Notes: generated by a model from the sequence alone, not told the origin. Numbered from the stretch's first letter, positions 41,380 through 51,865 are shown. The stretch: DNA of 64,000 nucleotides from an uncultured Mycoplasmatota bacterium (GCA_947574215.1 CANPIX010000002.1:4490-68489); one strand, 5' to 3'. Numbers and translations: made by a program.

Positions 41380-41610
41380 GAAAAGTAAAAAAACATATCC
41401 ACATAACTATCCACAAGTTATCCACTAAAATTTCCATTATAATATCTTACTTTTTGTTATTTATCAACATTATCCACAAATTTCGTTTTTTTTCATTGTC
41501 CACATGTTACTATCTTATATTAAAAAAAGTGGACTTGGTTTATAACTCTCTTTCTTTTAGATATAGATTAAAAAATTATCCACATAGAATTATGATTTAT
41601 AAGAAAGGAA
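41380..41610. promoter_or_regulatory. oriC segment 1: DnaA-box cluster upstream of dnaA
   Basis: atatccaca (41415-41423), ctatccaca (41427-41435), ttatccact (41438-41446), ttatccaca (41490-41498, perfect), ttgtccaca (41516-41524) and ttatccaca (41596-41604, perfect). All are in the same orientation. Confidence 0.8.
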
Positions 41611-41747
41611 AATAATTTTAAAGTAAAAACTGGTATATATATTTTTATCGTTGCATTTAATAAATGGATAAACATATGATTGTAATAGTTCAGACAAAAT
41701 AGAAAAAATTTTAAAGAAAAATTAAATTAAAGAAATTATCTTATTTC

Positions 41748-41777
41748 TTGACAATTCTATTTTCCTAATATTATAAT
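41748..41777 (+). promoter_or_regulatory. Sigma-A promoter for the rpmH-rnpA operon (TTGACA-18-TATAAT)
   Basis: cttgacaattctattttcctaatattataat. A strong RBS aaaggagg precedes the rpmH ATG. Confidence 0.55.
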
Positions 41778-41809
41778 AAGGAGACTTTAAATTTAAAGGA
41801 GGAACGATT

Positions 41810-41938
41810 ATGAAAATAGGTACTTATCAACCAAATAAAAGAAAAAAAGCAAAAAAACATGGATTTTTTGCACGTAAAGAAACAAAAATTTTAAAAAATA
41901 GAAGAAAAAAAGGTCGTAAAAATTTAATTACAAAATAA
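41810..41938 (+). CDS. rpmH: 50S ribosomal protein L34
   Basis: 42 aa, MKIGTYQPNKRKKAKKHGFFARKETKILKNRRKKGRKNLITK. It is below the ORF-track length cutoff. It is typical L34 (very basic, with HGF.AR). Confidence 0.85.
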   Translation: MKIGTYQPNKRKKAKKHGFFARKETKILKNRRKKGRKNLITK

Positions 41939-41987
41939 ACCACACATTGTGGTTTTTTTGCTCTATTCTAATAAGGAAGGGATTTTC

Positions 41988-42314
41988 ATGAAAAAACACG
42001 AAGTAGTTAAATCAAAGTTAGAATTTAATGACATTATTAAAAATTGTCCATTTCGAAAAAATGCAAGTTATGTTATATATATAAGGAAAAAAGAGGAACC
42101 AAAAAAAAGGTTTGGAATCGCTGTATCTAAAAAACTTGGAAATGCTGTAGTAAGAAATAAATTAAAAAGAAGAGTAAGAGCAATTATAGATGAATTAAAG
42201 ATAAACTTTCCAAATGGGCAAGATTATATTATAATGATAAAAAAAAGTTGTGTAGAATTATCATTTTCTAAAATGAAAAAAGATTTAGAAAGTCTAATAA
42301 AGGAGATTCAATGA
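41988..42314 (+). CDS. rnpA: Ribonuclease P protein component
   Basis: MKKHEVVKSKLEFNDIIKN...RFGIAVSKKLGNAVVRNKLKRRVRA matches the RnpA basic RNR-like motif. It overlaps the yidC start (ATGA). Confidence 0.85.
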   Translation: MKKHEVVKSKLEFNDIIKNCPFRKNASYVIYIRKKEEPKKRFGIAVSKKLGNAVVRNKLKRRVRAIIDELKINFPNGQDYIIMIKKSCVELSFSKMKKDLESLIKEIQ

Positions 42315-43264
42315 AAACAAAAAAAATAATTGTATTATTAAGTGCTGTAATGTTAGTAACCGGTTGTGGAAATAAAACGTATTTGAAAGAAGATAAAAAC
42401 ATAGTAACTTATGAAAGTACGGGTCAAAGTTTACAAAATAATATTTTATGTAAACCAGAGGAAGTCGAGTTATATGAATTGTATGAAAAGTACAACGATC
42501 AATTAAGTACAAAATTAGAAGAACTTCCAATATGTAGAGATTTTAAGCCAAGTGATATCAAATATCATAGTTTATGGGAATCTTTGTTTGTAAAACCACT
42601 TGCTTGGCTTATATTAAAATTAGGAATTTTAATTCAGAACTTTGGTATATCTGTTATGCTTATAGGATTAGGAATTCGTTTGGTGTTATTACCATTTTCT
42701 AAAAAGACAATGGATCAATCTGAAAATATGAAAAAAGCTCAACCTGAAATTAAAAAGATAGAAAAAAAATACGCTGGCAAAACCGATAGTGATTCTATGA
42801 TGATGAAAAGTCAAGAAACCATGTTAATCTATAAAAAGTATAAAATCAATCCTGTATCAGGATGTTTAATTGCTTTTATTCAGTTACCTTTGTTCTTTGC
42901 ATTCTTGCAAGCAATAAACAGAGTTCCTGCAATCTTTGAAGATAGTTTGTTTGGGATGAAACTTGGAATGACACCTTGGGTTGGTATTAGCCAAGGAAAA
43001 TATATTTATATAGTATTAATCGTTTTAATTATATTATCTACTTATTTTTCATTTAAAAACGCGATGCAGAATCAAAATACAAATAGTGAAATGGAACGTC
43101 AAATGCAATTTACATTAAAATTTATGATTATTATGATTTCTATAGCATCCTTTAGTCTTCCAACAGCCATTGCTTTGTACTGGGTGGTAACCAATGGATT
43201 TGTAGTAGTACAAAATTTTATATTTAAAAAATTAAGAGAAGGATCTATGAAAAGAGGTAAGTAG
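42311..43264 (+). CDS. yidC: Membrane protein insertase YidC/SpoIIIJ (lipoprotein type)
   Basis: 317 aa. Lipobox LVTGC and a YidC/Oxa1 core with multiple TM segments. Gene order is rnpA-yidC-jag. Confidence 0.85.
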   Translation: MKTKKIIVLLSAVMLVTGCGNKTYLKEDKNIVTYESTGQSLQNNILCKPEEVELYELYEKYNDQLSTKLEELPICRDFKPSDIKYHSLWESLFVKPLAWLILKLGILIQNFGISVMLIGLGIRLVLLPFSKKTMDQSENMKKAQPEIKKIEKKYAGKTDSDSMMMKSQETMLIYKKYKINPVSGCLIAFIQLPLFFAFLQAINRVPAIFEDSLFGMKLGMTPWVGISQGKYIYIVLIVLIILSTYFSFKNAMQNQNTNSEMERQMQFTLKFMIIMISIASFSLPTAIALYWVVTNGFVVVQNFIFKKLREGSMKRGK

Positions 43265-43266
43265 TA

Positions 43267-43881
43267 ATGAAGGAAGTAATATTAGAAGCAAAATCAAAAG
43301 AAGAAGCGATACGTCTTGCTTGTGAAAAACTAAATGCAAGTGAAAGTGAAATCATTTATTCAATTAAAGAAGAAACTACTGGCCGTTTGTTTAAATCTTC
43401 AACTTTTAAAATTAAAGCAACCCCTTTAATCGATTTAGTAGAAGAAATAAAAAATTATTTAAAAGAGGTAATTACAAACTTAGGATTAGAAGTTCAATTT
43501 GAATCTTCTATAAGAGATAGAGTGATAAATATTGCAATGTATGCTGATAATAATGCTATCTTAATTGGTAAAGAGGGAAAAACCTTAAAGGCTTTAGAAA
43601 CATTAGTAAAACAAAAAGTATTGAACGATTACAATGTTTATATTAATATCTCTTTAGATGTAGAGAATTATAAAGAAAAAAGAATTAAAAATTTAGAATT
43701 TTTAGCTAAAAAAGTAGCAAGAGAAGTAAGGAATACAAAAGTAGAAGCAACTCTTGAAAATATGAATTCTTTTGAAAGAAGAATCGTTCACAACATATTA
43801 ACGGATTTTAAAGGAGTTACAACAACCAGTGAAGGTGATGAACCAAATCGTCACGTTATAATAAAACCTACGGATAATTAA
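43267..43881 (+). CDS. jag: Jag/KhpB RNA-binding protein (KH plus R3H)
   Basis: 204 aa. A KH-like segment IGKEGKTLKALETLV and an R3H segment MNSFERRIVHNILTDF. Confidence 0.85.
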   Translation: MKEVILEAKSKEEAIRLACEKLNASESEIIYSIKEETTGRLFKSSTFKIKATPLIDLVEEIKNYLKEVITNLGLEVQFESSIRDRVINIAMYADNNAILIGKEGKTLKALETLVKQKVLNDYNVYINISLDVENYKEKRIKNLEFLAKKVAREVRNTKVEATLENMNSFERRIVHNILTDFKGVTTTSEGDEPNRHVIIKPTDN

Positions 43882-44006
43882 AAAGTAGGTTTTTTTAAAT
43901 TCTCATTGTTTCTAAGAAATAAAAATTTTATATTTTTAGATTTACAATTTTTTTTATAAGAACCTTTATATTTATGCTATAATAACGAGCGAAAGAAGGT
44001 TTCTTT

Positions 44007-45356
44007 ATGGAAGATACGATAGTAGCTATTTCTACTTCTTTAGGAGTAGGAGCTATTTCCATCCTACGTGTAAGTGGAAAAGAATCAATTCCTTTAGTAA
44101 ATTCTATTTTTAAAGGCAAAGATTTAGCAAAAGTAAAAAGTCATACAATACATTATGGTTTTATAAAAGATAAAGAAGAAATAATTGATGAAGTTTTAGT
44201 AAGTGTTATGTTATCTCCTAAAACTTTTACCACTGAAGATATTGTAGAAATCAATTGTCATGGTGGAATAGCAACTACCAATCGTATTTTAGAGTTATTA
44301 ATAGAAAATGGTGGAAGACTTGCAGAACCTGGAGAGTTTACAAAGAGAGCATTTTTAAATGGTCGCATTAGTTTATTAGAAGCCGAATCCGTAAGTGATC
44401 TAATTGAATCAAAGAGTGAAAGTCAAAGAAGAATGGCCATTTCAGGGGTGAATGGAAGACTGACAGCCATTATTAAAAAAATAAGAGAAGATATTTTAAA
44501 CATTATTGCCAATATAGAAGTAAACATTGATTATCCAGAATATGAAGATGCTTTAGAAATTACCCATGAATATTTAAAAGAAAAAGGAAAAATGATAAAA
44601 CAAGATTTAGAACTATTAGTATCCAATGCAAAAGTTGGAAAACTAATAAAATCTGGAATCGATATTGCCTTAGTAGGTAGACCAAACGTTGGAAAAAGCA
44701 GTATTTTAAATGCTTTATTAAATGAAGAGAGAGCCATTGTAACTGACATTTCTGGAACAACAAGAGATGTAATAGAAGCTCATATGACTCTTAATGGTAT
44801 TGAAATCAATTTAATTGATACAGCTGGAATAAGAGAAACAGAAGACGTCGTTGAAAAAATAGGTGTTGATAAAAGTAAACAAATAATAGATTCTGCAGAT
44901 TTAATCATTTTAGTTTTAAATAATAATGAAAAACAAACAGAAGAAGATCAAAGATTATTAAAACAAATAAATGATAAAAAATATATTGTTTTTGTTAACA
45001 AAGATGATTTAGAAACAAAATTAATTTTAGAAAATAATCTAAACGTTATAAAAGGAAATACTAAAGAATTAGAAGGTCTTGAAAAATTAAAACAAAAAAT
45101 AATTGAGATGTACAATTTAGATCAAATTAATGAAAAGGATTTAACCTATTTATCCAATGTACGCCAAATAAACTTAGTGAGTGAATCCTTAAAAAGTATA
45201 GAAAAATCATTAGAAGATATAGAAAAAGAAATTCCAATAGATATGCTTGAAATTCATTTAAGACACGCATTTGATGTTTTAGGTACTTTAATTGGAGAAA
45301 CTTATGAAGATGAACTTGTAGATAAATTATTTAAAAATTTTTGTTTAGGAAAGTAA
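44007..45356 (+). CDS. mnmE: tRNA modification GTPase MnmE
   Basis: 449 aa. The G domain (GRPNVGKSS, DTAGIRET, NKDD) and a C-terminal CLGK tetrapeptide. Confidence 0.9.
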   Translation: MEDTIVAISTSLGVGAISILRVSGKESIPLVNSIFKGKDLAKVKSHTIHYGFIKDKEEIIDEVLVSVMLSPKTFTTEDIVEINCHGGIATTNRILELLIENGGRLAEPGEFTKRAFLNGRISLLEAESVSDLIESKSESQRRMAISGVNGRLTAIIKKIREDILNIIANIEVNIDYPEYEDALEITHEYLKEKGKMIKQDLELLVSNAKVGKLIKSGIDIALVGRPNVGKSSILNALLNEERAIVTDISGTTRDVIEAHMTLNGIEINLIDTAGIRETEDVVEKIGVDKSKQIIDSADLIILVLNNNEKQTEEDQRLLKQINDKKYIVFVNKDDLETKLILENNLNVIKGNTKELEGLEKLKQKIIEMYNLDQINEKDLTYLSNVRQINLVSESLKSIEKSLEDIEKEIPIDMLEIHLRHAFDVLGTLIGETYEDELVDKLFKNFCLGK

Positions 45357-45400
45357 GAATGTTAAAAATGCATACAAGAGAAATAACAAAGAATTAGGAA

Positions 45401-47269
45401 GTGATACATATGAAATACGACGTTATTGTTGTAGGTGGTGGACATGCGGGATGTGAATCGGCTCACATAAGCGCATTTATGGGTAAAAAAACATTACTTG
45501 TAACTATGAATAAAAATAATATTGCGGATATGCCATGTAATCCTTCAATTGGTGGAACAGCAAAAGGGGTAATTGTTCGTGATATTGATGCTTTAGGTGG
45601 CTTAATGGGAAAAGTCGCAGACGAAAGTCATTTTCAAATCAAAATGTTAAATAGCAAAAAAGGACCTGCAGTACGTTCCTTACGTTGCCAAGCGGATAAA
45701 ACAACTTACCCTAAAAATATGTTAAAGAGATTAGAAAGTACCAAAAATCTTACAATTCTTGAAGCTACGGTAGAGAATATTTTAGTAGAAAATAAAAAAG
45801 TAAAAGGTATTGTACTTGCAAATGACGATGAAATAGATTGTGACTCTCTCATTTTAACAACAGGTACTTACTTAAAAAGTAATATTTTAAGAGGGTCTAC
45901 AAATAGAGAAGGTGGTCCTCATGGTGAAGCACGAAGCAACTTTTTAAGCGACAATTTAAGAAAATTGGGATTTACGATTCAACGCTTAAAAACAGGAACA
46001 CCCCCTCGTATAAAAAAGGAATCAATCGATTTTTCTGTATGTAGTGAAGAATACGGTGATACTACTTTCTTTACATTTTCTCATGACGATGCTCCAAAAT
46101 ACAAAATCGAAGAACAACAAAAATGCTATTTAGTTTATACAAATGAAGTAACCCATCAAATTATATTAGATAATTTAGACAAGTCAAGTATGTATGGTGG
46201 TTATGTTACGGGTGTAGGACCTAGATATTGTCCATCAATTGAAGATAAAATTGTTCGTTTTAAAGATAAGTTGCGACATCAACTTTTTTTAGAACCAGAA
46301 AGTATGTATTACGATGAATGGTATTTACAAGGATTTTCTACAAGTATGCCAGAAGAAGTACAAGAAGAGATGGTACACAGCTTAAAGGGACTTGAAAAAG
46401 CGATAATTACAAAATACGCCTACGCTATAGAATACGATGCAATTGATCCCCTACAACTAAAGCCATCTTTAGAAACAAAAATAATAGAAAACTTATTCAC
46501 CGCAGGACAAATTAATGGTACTAGCGGGTATGAAGAAGCTGCAGGACAAGGATTAATTGCAGGAATCAACGCCGTACGAAAATTAGACAATAAAGAAGCT
46601 TTTGTATTAAAACGAAATGAATCGTATTTAGGAGTTCTTATTGATGACTTAGTAACAAAAGGAACAAAAGAACCATATAGAATGCTTACATCACGTGCAG
46701 AATATCGTCTTTTATTACGTCACGATAACTCTGATTTACGTCTACGTGAATATGGCCATCAATTAGGAACTCTAACAAATCAAATGTATGAGAATTATTT
46801 AAACCATCTAAAGGAAATAGAAGAATTAAAATCATTTTTAAAATCAACAAAATTAGAAATAAATGACAAAATAAAAACGTATTTTTTAGAAAAAAATTAT
46901 TCGATTCCTTTAAATAAAACATCTCTATTTGAACTTTTAAAAAGACCAGAAATTACAATGGAATTTTTAGAACCCATTCAAGAAATTCCTTTTAATGAAA
47001 GTTGCAAAGAAATCGTAAGTATAGAAATTAAATACGAGGGATATATTAAAAAAACGGAAAAAGAAATAGAACGTATGCTAAAATTAGAAGAAAAACAAAT
47101 CCCAAAAGACATTGATTATAAAAAAGTTAAAAATTTAGCTAGCGAAGCTAGACAAAAATTGGAAATTGTTCGTCCTTTATCTATAGGACAAGCTTCGAGA
47201 ATTAGCGGAGTAAATCCTGCAGATATTTCAATATTAACTATTTACTTAAAAAAGGAATATGGAAAATGA
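45401..47269 (+). CDS. mnmG: tRNA uridine 5-carboxymethylaminomethyl modification enzyme MnmG (GidA)
   Basis: FAD-binding YDVIVVGGGHAGCE. Full-length GidA. The likely start is MKYDVIVV at ~45410. Confidence 0.9.
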   Translation: MIHMKYDVIVVGGGHAGCESAHISAFMGKKTLLVTMNKNNIADMPCNPSIGGTAKGVIVRDIDALGGLMGKVADESHFQIKMLNSKKGPAVRSLRCQADKTTYPKNMLKRLESTKNLTILEATVENILVENKKVKGIVLANDDEIDCDSLILTTGTYLKSNILRGSTNREGGPHGEARSNFLSDNLRKLGFTIQRLKTGTPPRIKKESIDFSVCSEEYGDTTFFTFSHDDAPKYKIEEQQKCYLVYTNEVTHQIILDNLDKSSMYGGYVTGVGPRYCPSIEDKIVRFKDKLRHQLFLEPESMYYDEWYLQGFSTSMPEEVQEEMVHSLKGLEKAIITKYAYAIEYDAIDPLQLKPSLETKIIENLFTAGQINGTSGYEEAAGQGLIAGINAVRKLDNKEAFVLKRNESYLGVLIDDLVTKGTKEPYRMLTSRAEYRLLLRHDNSDLRLREYGHQLGTLTNQMYENYLNHLKEIEELKSFLKSTKLEINDKIKTYFLEKNYSIPLNKTSLFELLKRPEITMEFLEPIQEIPFNESCKEIVSIEIKYEGYIKKTEKEIERMLKLEEKQIPKDIDYKKVKNLASEARQKLEIVRPLSIGQASRISGVNPADISILTIYLKKEYGK

Positions 47270-47979
47270 ATAAAGAAGAATTTATACAAGAACTTAATAA
47301 ACTCAATATAGAAATTAACGAAGAACAATTAAAATATTTAGAAATTTATAAAACGTTTTTATTGGATTACAATAAACATACAAATTTAACAGCAATCAAA
47401 GAAGAAAAAGAAATATACTTAAAACACTTTTATGATTCCTTGACAATAAGTAATTTTTTAGAAAAAGAAAACAAAGTTTTAGATATTGGAACAGGTGCTG
47501 GTTTTCCAGGTATGGTTCTTGCTTTATTTCATCCAAATATCAATTTTGTCTTATTGGATTCCAATAACAAGAAAACAACTTTTTTAAATTTATTAAAAGA
47601 AAAACTTAGTTTAAAAAATGTTGAAGTTGTGCATGCTCGAGCAGAAAATTATGTAAAAGAGCATTTAGAAGAATTTGACATTGTAACTTCAAGAGCGGTG
47701 GCGGAATTAAGAATTTTAGCAGAACTTTCTCTTCCCGCTTTGAAAATAAAAGGAAAATTTATACCTCTTAAAGCCAATATTGAAAAAGAAATGCCCCTAT
47801 TTTTGGATGCTTTAAAAGAACTAAACGGCCAATTAATTGAAAAAAAAGAATTTTATCTACCTATTGAAAATAGCAAAAGATCCGTATTGATCATAGAACA
47901 TTTTTTGAAAACAAATTCAATTTATCCAAGAAGTTATGACAAAATTCTAAAAAAGCCATTGAAAATAAAAAAGAAATAA
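47266..47979 (+). CDS. rsmG: 16S rRNA m7G527 methyltransferase RsmG (GidB)
   Basis: 237 aa. VLDIGTGAGFPG is the SAM motif. It overlaps the mnmG stop. Confidence 0.9.
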   Translation: MNKEEFIQELNKLNIEINEEQLKYLEIYKTFLLDYNKHTNLTAIKEEKEIYLKHFYDSLTISNFLEKENKVLDIGTGAGFPGMVLALFHPNINFVLLDSNNKKTTFLNLLKEKLSLKNVEVVHARAENYVKEHLEEFDIVTSRAVAELRILAELSLPALKIKGKFIPLKANIEKEMPLFLDALKELNGQLIEKKEFYLPIENSKRSVLIIEHFLKTNSIYPRSYDKILKKPLKIKKK

Positions 47980-48014
47980 GGTATATTAATAATAGGCTAA
48001 AGGGGCTGATTAGT

Positions 48015-49751
48015 ATGAATATCGATAAAAATATTCTAGAAGTACCAATTGAGGATATTATTCCCAATCGTTTTCAACCAAGACTTGCATTTAATGAAGA
48101 AGGAATCAATGAATTGTCTGAATCTATAAAAGAGCATGGGATTATTCAACCCCTTGTTGTAAGAAAATTAGGAGACAAATACGAAATTATTGCTGGGGAA
48201 CGTCGATACAAAGCATCTACGATGGCAGGTCTTACAAAAGTTCCAGTAATTATTTCAGATATAGATGATAATAAAAGTGCAGAGGTGGCTTTAGTGGAAA
48301 ACATTCAAAGAAGAAATCTAACCGCAATTGAAGAAGCAAAATCTTATAAAAATTTATTAGACAGAGGTTATTTAACACAAGAACAACTTGCTAACAAAAT
48401 GGGTGTTAGTCAAAGTGCTATTGCAAATAAATTACGTCTTTTAAATTTAGATGAAGAAGTACAAGAAGCTTTATTAAACGAAAAAATTTCGGAACGCCAT
48501 GCAAGATCATTACTTACTTTAGAAGATAAAGAAGATCAAAAAAAATGGTTAAAGCGCATAATTGAAGAAAGATTGACTGTAAGACAATTGGATTTAAAAT
48601 TAAAAAAACAACAAGAAGATGGAGAAGAGGATGAAATTCCATTAGTAAATATTAATCCGAATTTGGATGAAATCGTATCTCACGCTGAAGATATTCATGT
48701 TGAACGTACACCACATGACGTAGCTAGTATGTTAATACCCGAAGGAGGAATTTCTCTTCCAGAACAAAAAGAAGCCATTGAAACTGTAAAATCGACTAAT
48801 AAATTTTTTAATTTTTTAGAAGATGAACAAGCAAATATGAGCGTTGTGGAACCGGATGAGATTTTTAATTCCTTTATTGAAGAACCAAAAAATGAACCAC
48901 AAGAAATAAAAGAGGAAATAAAACCTACATCTGTATCATTAGATGAAATTTTAAATCCAAATCCAGCGACACAAAGTATAGAACCAAATAAAGAAAAAGA
49001 AGAAACTATTTTGGAACCTTTAGAAATTTTAGATGATTTGGATATTCCAATATTTGAATCAATCAAAGAAGAAACTCCAGAAAAATTGGATAGTTTAGAC
49101 AATACTTTTTTAAAAGAAAATATTGAAGAAAATAATTTCTCTGAAATACCGTTAATAGAAGACTTACAAGAGAAAGAACCTATTTTTAATGAAATATCTA
49201 CAATAGAAAATAAAGATCCAATAGAAACTTCTCCAGAAGATTTAAAAATCAGTATAGAAGATCAAAAAGATAATAATCCGTTACCAATTGTAGAAGAAGT
49301 TGTTCCAACTTTTATAAAAAATGATAGAGTGGAAGAACAAGAAGTAACTTCAAATAATCAACTGATTGAAGAAAAAATATTCCAAAATGATGAAAATATT
49401 GATGAGGATAACGAAGAAGCAAAACCATTTAAATCTATATTTTTTCATAATGAAGAAGAGGATGAAACTGCTCCAATTGTAGAAAATCCTATTTTAGCGA
49501 ATCAAATACAAGAAATAGAACCAGTTATTGAGGAACCAATAGTGGATCCTCTAGATCGTATTGTTACTTTAGAACCAGGTTATGAGCAAAAACAACAAGA
49601 ACTTGCAGGTACAGATTTAAAAACGGCAATTAATATTGTTAGAACTACAGTTAAAGACTTAGAAGACCGTGGATTTATTGTAGAAAGTGAAGAAGCCGAT
49701 TTGGAAGAAATTTATCATATTACGATAAAAATTAATAAAGAAAATAAATAA
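48015..49751 (+). CDS. ParB/Noc-family protein with a ~370-aa acidic low-complexity C-terminal extension
   Basis: The N-terminal ~200 aa is ParB-like (IQPLVVRK, GERRYKAS, an HTH QEQLANKMGVSQSAIANKLRLL). The remainder is E/D/P/I-rich repeats ending in a short ordered segment (TAINIVRTTVKDLEDRGFIV). No parA/soj is adjacent. Confidence 0.8.
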   Translation: MNIDKNILEVPIEDIIPNRFQPRLAFNEEGINELSESIKEHGIIQPLVVRKLGDKYEIIAGERRYKASTMAGLTKVPVIISDIDDNKSAEVALVENIQRRNLTAIEEAKSYKNLLDRGYLTQEQLANKMGVSQSAIANKLRLLNLDEEVQEALLNEKISERHARSLLTLEDKEDQKKWLKRIIEERLTVRQLDLKLKKQQEDGEEDEIPLVNINPNLDEIVSHAEDIHVERTPHDVASMLIPEGGISLPEQKEAIETVKSTNKFFNFLEDEQANMSVVEPDEIFNSFIEEPKNEPQEIKEEIKPTSVSLDEILNPNPATQSIEPNKEKEETILEPLEILDDLDIPIFESIKEETPEKLDSLDNTFLKENIEENNFSEIPLIEDLQEKEPIFNEISTIENKDPIETSPEDLKISIEDQKDNNPLPIVEEVVPTFIKNDRVEEQEVTSNNQLIEEKIFQNDENIDEDNEEAKPFKSIFFHNEEEDETAPIVENPILANQIQEIEPVIEEPIVDPLDRIVTLEPGYEQKQQELAGTDLKTAINIVRTTVKDLEDRGFIVESEEADLEEIYHITIKINKENK

Positions 49752-49788
49752 AAACTTATCAACAAAATGATTGATAAGTTTTTTTATT
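49752..49788. terminator. Bidirectional rho-independent terminator between the parB-like gene and the convergent PBP gene
   Basis: aacttatcaa-caaaatga-ttgataagtt is a 10-bp perfect stem followed by T7, with an A-run on the other side. Confidence 0.7.
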
Positions 49789-51730
49789 CAGTGGTATTTA
49801 CATCAGGACTTATAGAATTTCCTTCGCTACCTTTTACATAATAAAATACACTAGCATTTCCATTTGTAACAGGCTTACCAGTTACAGGATCTTGTAAAAT
49901 GCCAACAATGTTACTAGGGGTTTCGTACCAATTGTCTTCCTTATCTTTTAAAAAATCTTCAATTGTATTGATCCAAATACTTTTTGCCCACTTACTTGCT
50001 TCATTTGTTATGTCACTTGCATCATCATATCCAAGCCATACCATTAATAAAGCATCCTTATTATACCCTACCGTCCAATAATCCGTTTTGGTTGTGCCAG
50101 TTTTCAAAGCGTATTTTTTACTCATTTTACTTGCTATAGAAAGAGCGGTTGGAGTTGTATAACTTTGAAATTTAACGTTGCTTGTATTGGATAGCATTTC
50201 ATTTAGTATATATACATAATTAGAATTTAATACCATTTTCTTTTTATTTTTATGTTCATACAAAATATGCCCATTTAAATCTTCTACTCTTTCAATGAAA
50301 TAATTATCCGTTAAATATCCCCCATTTGCTAAAGTCGTATATCCATTAGCAAAATGTAGCATTGACATCTCACTTGTTCCTAAAGCCAAAGAAGGATTAG
50401 CAATTAATTCATCTTTTATTCCCATCTTTTCTGCAGTGTTTACTAAGGTTTCTTCTCCTAAAAATAAATGTGTTTTTACAGCATAAATATTATCAGAATA
50501 GGCAAGAGCAGCAGCCATCGTTATATTTTTGTTTGCATATACATCGTTATAGTTATTAGGATGATAAGTTTGATTATTAGCAAAAACAAAATTGGTAGGT
50601 TCACTTACAAAAGTTGAAGAAGAAGTCATTCCATTTTCTAAAGCTGCATAGTAAAGAAAAGGCTTCATAGTTGATCCAACTTGTCTTTTTGCTTGTATTG
50701 CACGATTAAATTGCGTTTCAGCGTAGTTTGTACCACCTGTTAAAGCCCTAACCGCTCCACTTTCTGGATCCACTAAAATACTAGCAACTTGTAATTTATC
50801 ATCTTTTATGTTTTCAAGTATTTCTTCTTCTAATTTTGTTTGAGCATTCAAATCCAAACTAGTATAAATTTTCAAACTTCCAGAATCAAGTAATGAAGTA
50901 GGAATTCCATTTAAAGTTTCTAATTCTTTTAAAACAGCGTCTTGGTAATACATTAGCATTTGTAAATTGTTTGTTTCTCGTTTTCCATAAATTTCAATTT
51001 TTTCTTTAAATAAGTTGTTGTAAGTGTCTTCTTCCATTACCCCATTATTTTTCATAGATAAGGCAACAATTTTTGCACGTTCAATACATTTATCATAATT
51101 TTTTACTGGATTGTAGTTACTAGGATTTTTAGGAATTCCAGCAAGCATTAAAGATTCCTCTAAGGTAAGATCACTTGCTCTTTTATTAAAATAATATTTA
51201 CTAGCGTTTAAAACTCCATAATTCCCAGCACCAAAATTAATTGTATTTAGATACCCTTCTAAAATTTCATCTTTATCATAATGTACTTCTAATTCTAAAG
51301 TTAAAAAAGCTTCTTCTATTTTTCTTTTCCAAGTTTGATTGAAGTCCAAATACATATTTTTAATATATTGTTGACTGATAGTAGAAGCGCCTTGCACAAT
51401 GCTCTTATTTTTGATATTAAGTGCCATAGCTTTAGCGATTCGTAAATAATCAAATCCTTGGTGTTTGTAAAAATTTTTATCTTCCACATTTATAACCGCA
51501 TCAATTAAATAAGGAGAAATTTCATTTAAATTTACCCATTCGCTACTTCCGCTTCCTTGATAAACCAAATTTTCATCTTTATCATAAATATACATTTGGC
51601 CTATACTTGTAAGCTCTAATTTGGGGCTAAAATAGGCATAAGTATAAAGACCTGTCATTACAATTACAAAAGCTAAAAATAAAAAAACTCCAAATTTTAA
51701 TAAAAAGCGTATTTTTCGCATAGTATTCAC
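49784..51730 (-). CDS. Class A penicillin-binding protein (transglycosylase plus transpeptidase)
   Basis: 648 aa. An N-terminal TM. GT51 motifs (EDKNFYKHQGFD, GASTISQQ) and a transpeptidase SxxK (GSTMKPF) with downstream KTG. Confidence 0.8.
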   Translation of the reverse strand: MNTMRKIRFLLKFGVFLFLAFVIVMTGLYTYAYFSPKLELTSIGQMYIYDKDENLVYQGSGSSEWVNLNEISPYLIDAVINVEDKNFYKHQGFDYLRIAKAMALNIKNKSIVQGASTISQQYIKNMYLDFNQTWKRKIEEAFLTLELEVHYDKDEILEGYLNTINFGAGNYGVLNASKYYFNKRASDLTLEESLMLAGIPKNPSNYNPVKNYDKCIERAKIVALSMKNNGVMEEDTYNNLFKEKIEIYGKRETNNLQMLMYYQDAVLKELETLNGIPTSLLDSGSLKIYTSLDLNAQTKLEEEILENIKDDKLQVASILVDPESGAVRALTGGTNYAETQFNRAIQAKRQVGSTMKPFLYYAALENGMTSSSTFVSEPTNFVFANNQTYHPNNYNDVYANKNITMAAALAYSDNIYAVKTHLFLGEETLVNTAEKMGIKDELIANPSLALGTSEMSMLHFANGYTTLANGGYLTDNYFIERVEDLNGHILYEHKNKKKMVLNSNYVYILNEMLSNTSNVKFQSYTTPTALSIASKMSKKYALKTGTTKTDYWTVGYNKDALLMVWLGYDDASDITNEASKWAKSIWINTIEDFLKDKEDNWYETPSNIVGILQDPVTGKPVTNGNASVFYYVKGSEGNSISPDVNTTE

Positions 51731-51865
51731 CTTTTTTTAGTATGAGAAAAAGCTAAATAATTTATGCCTTTATAAATAGACATTGTCTTTTCATTTCCTC
51801 TTTTTTTGCAATTGCTATGTTGTAAAGCCTATGTTATAATGTCCTAGAAAAAAGAGGTAATATTA

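Noticed and set aside
48695-49102. 135-aa minus-strand ORF inside the parB acidic tail region
   Set aside because: Antisense to the acidic repeat region. Serine-rich translation of the complement of GAA/GAT-rich DNA.
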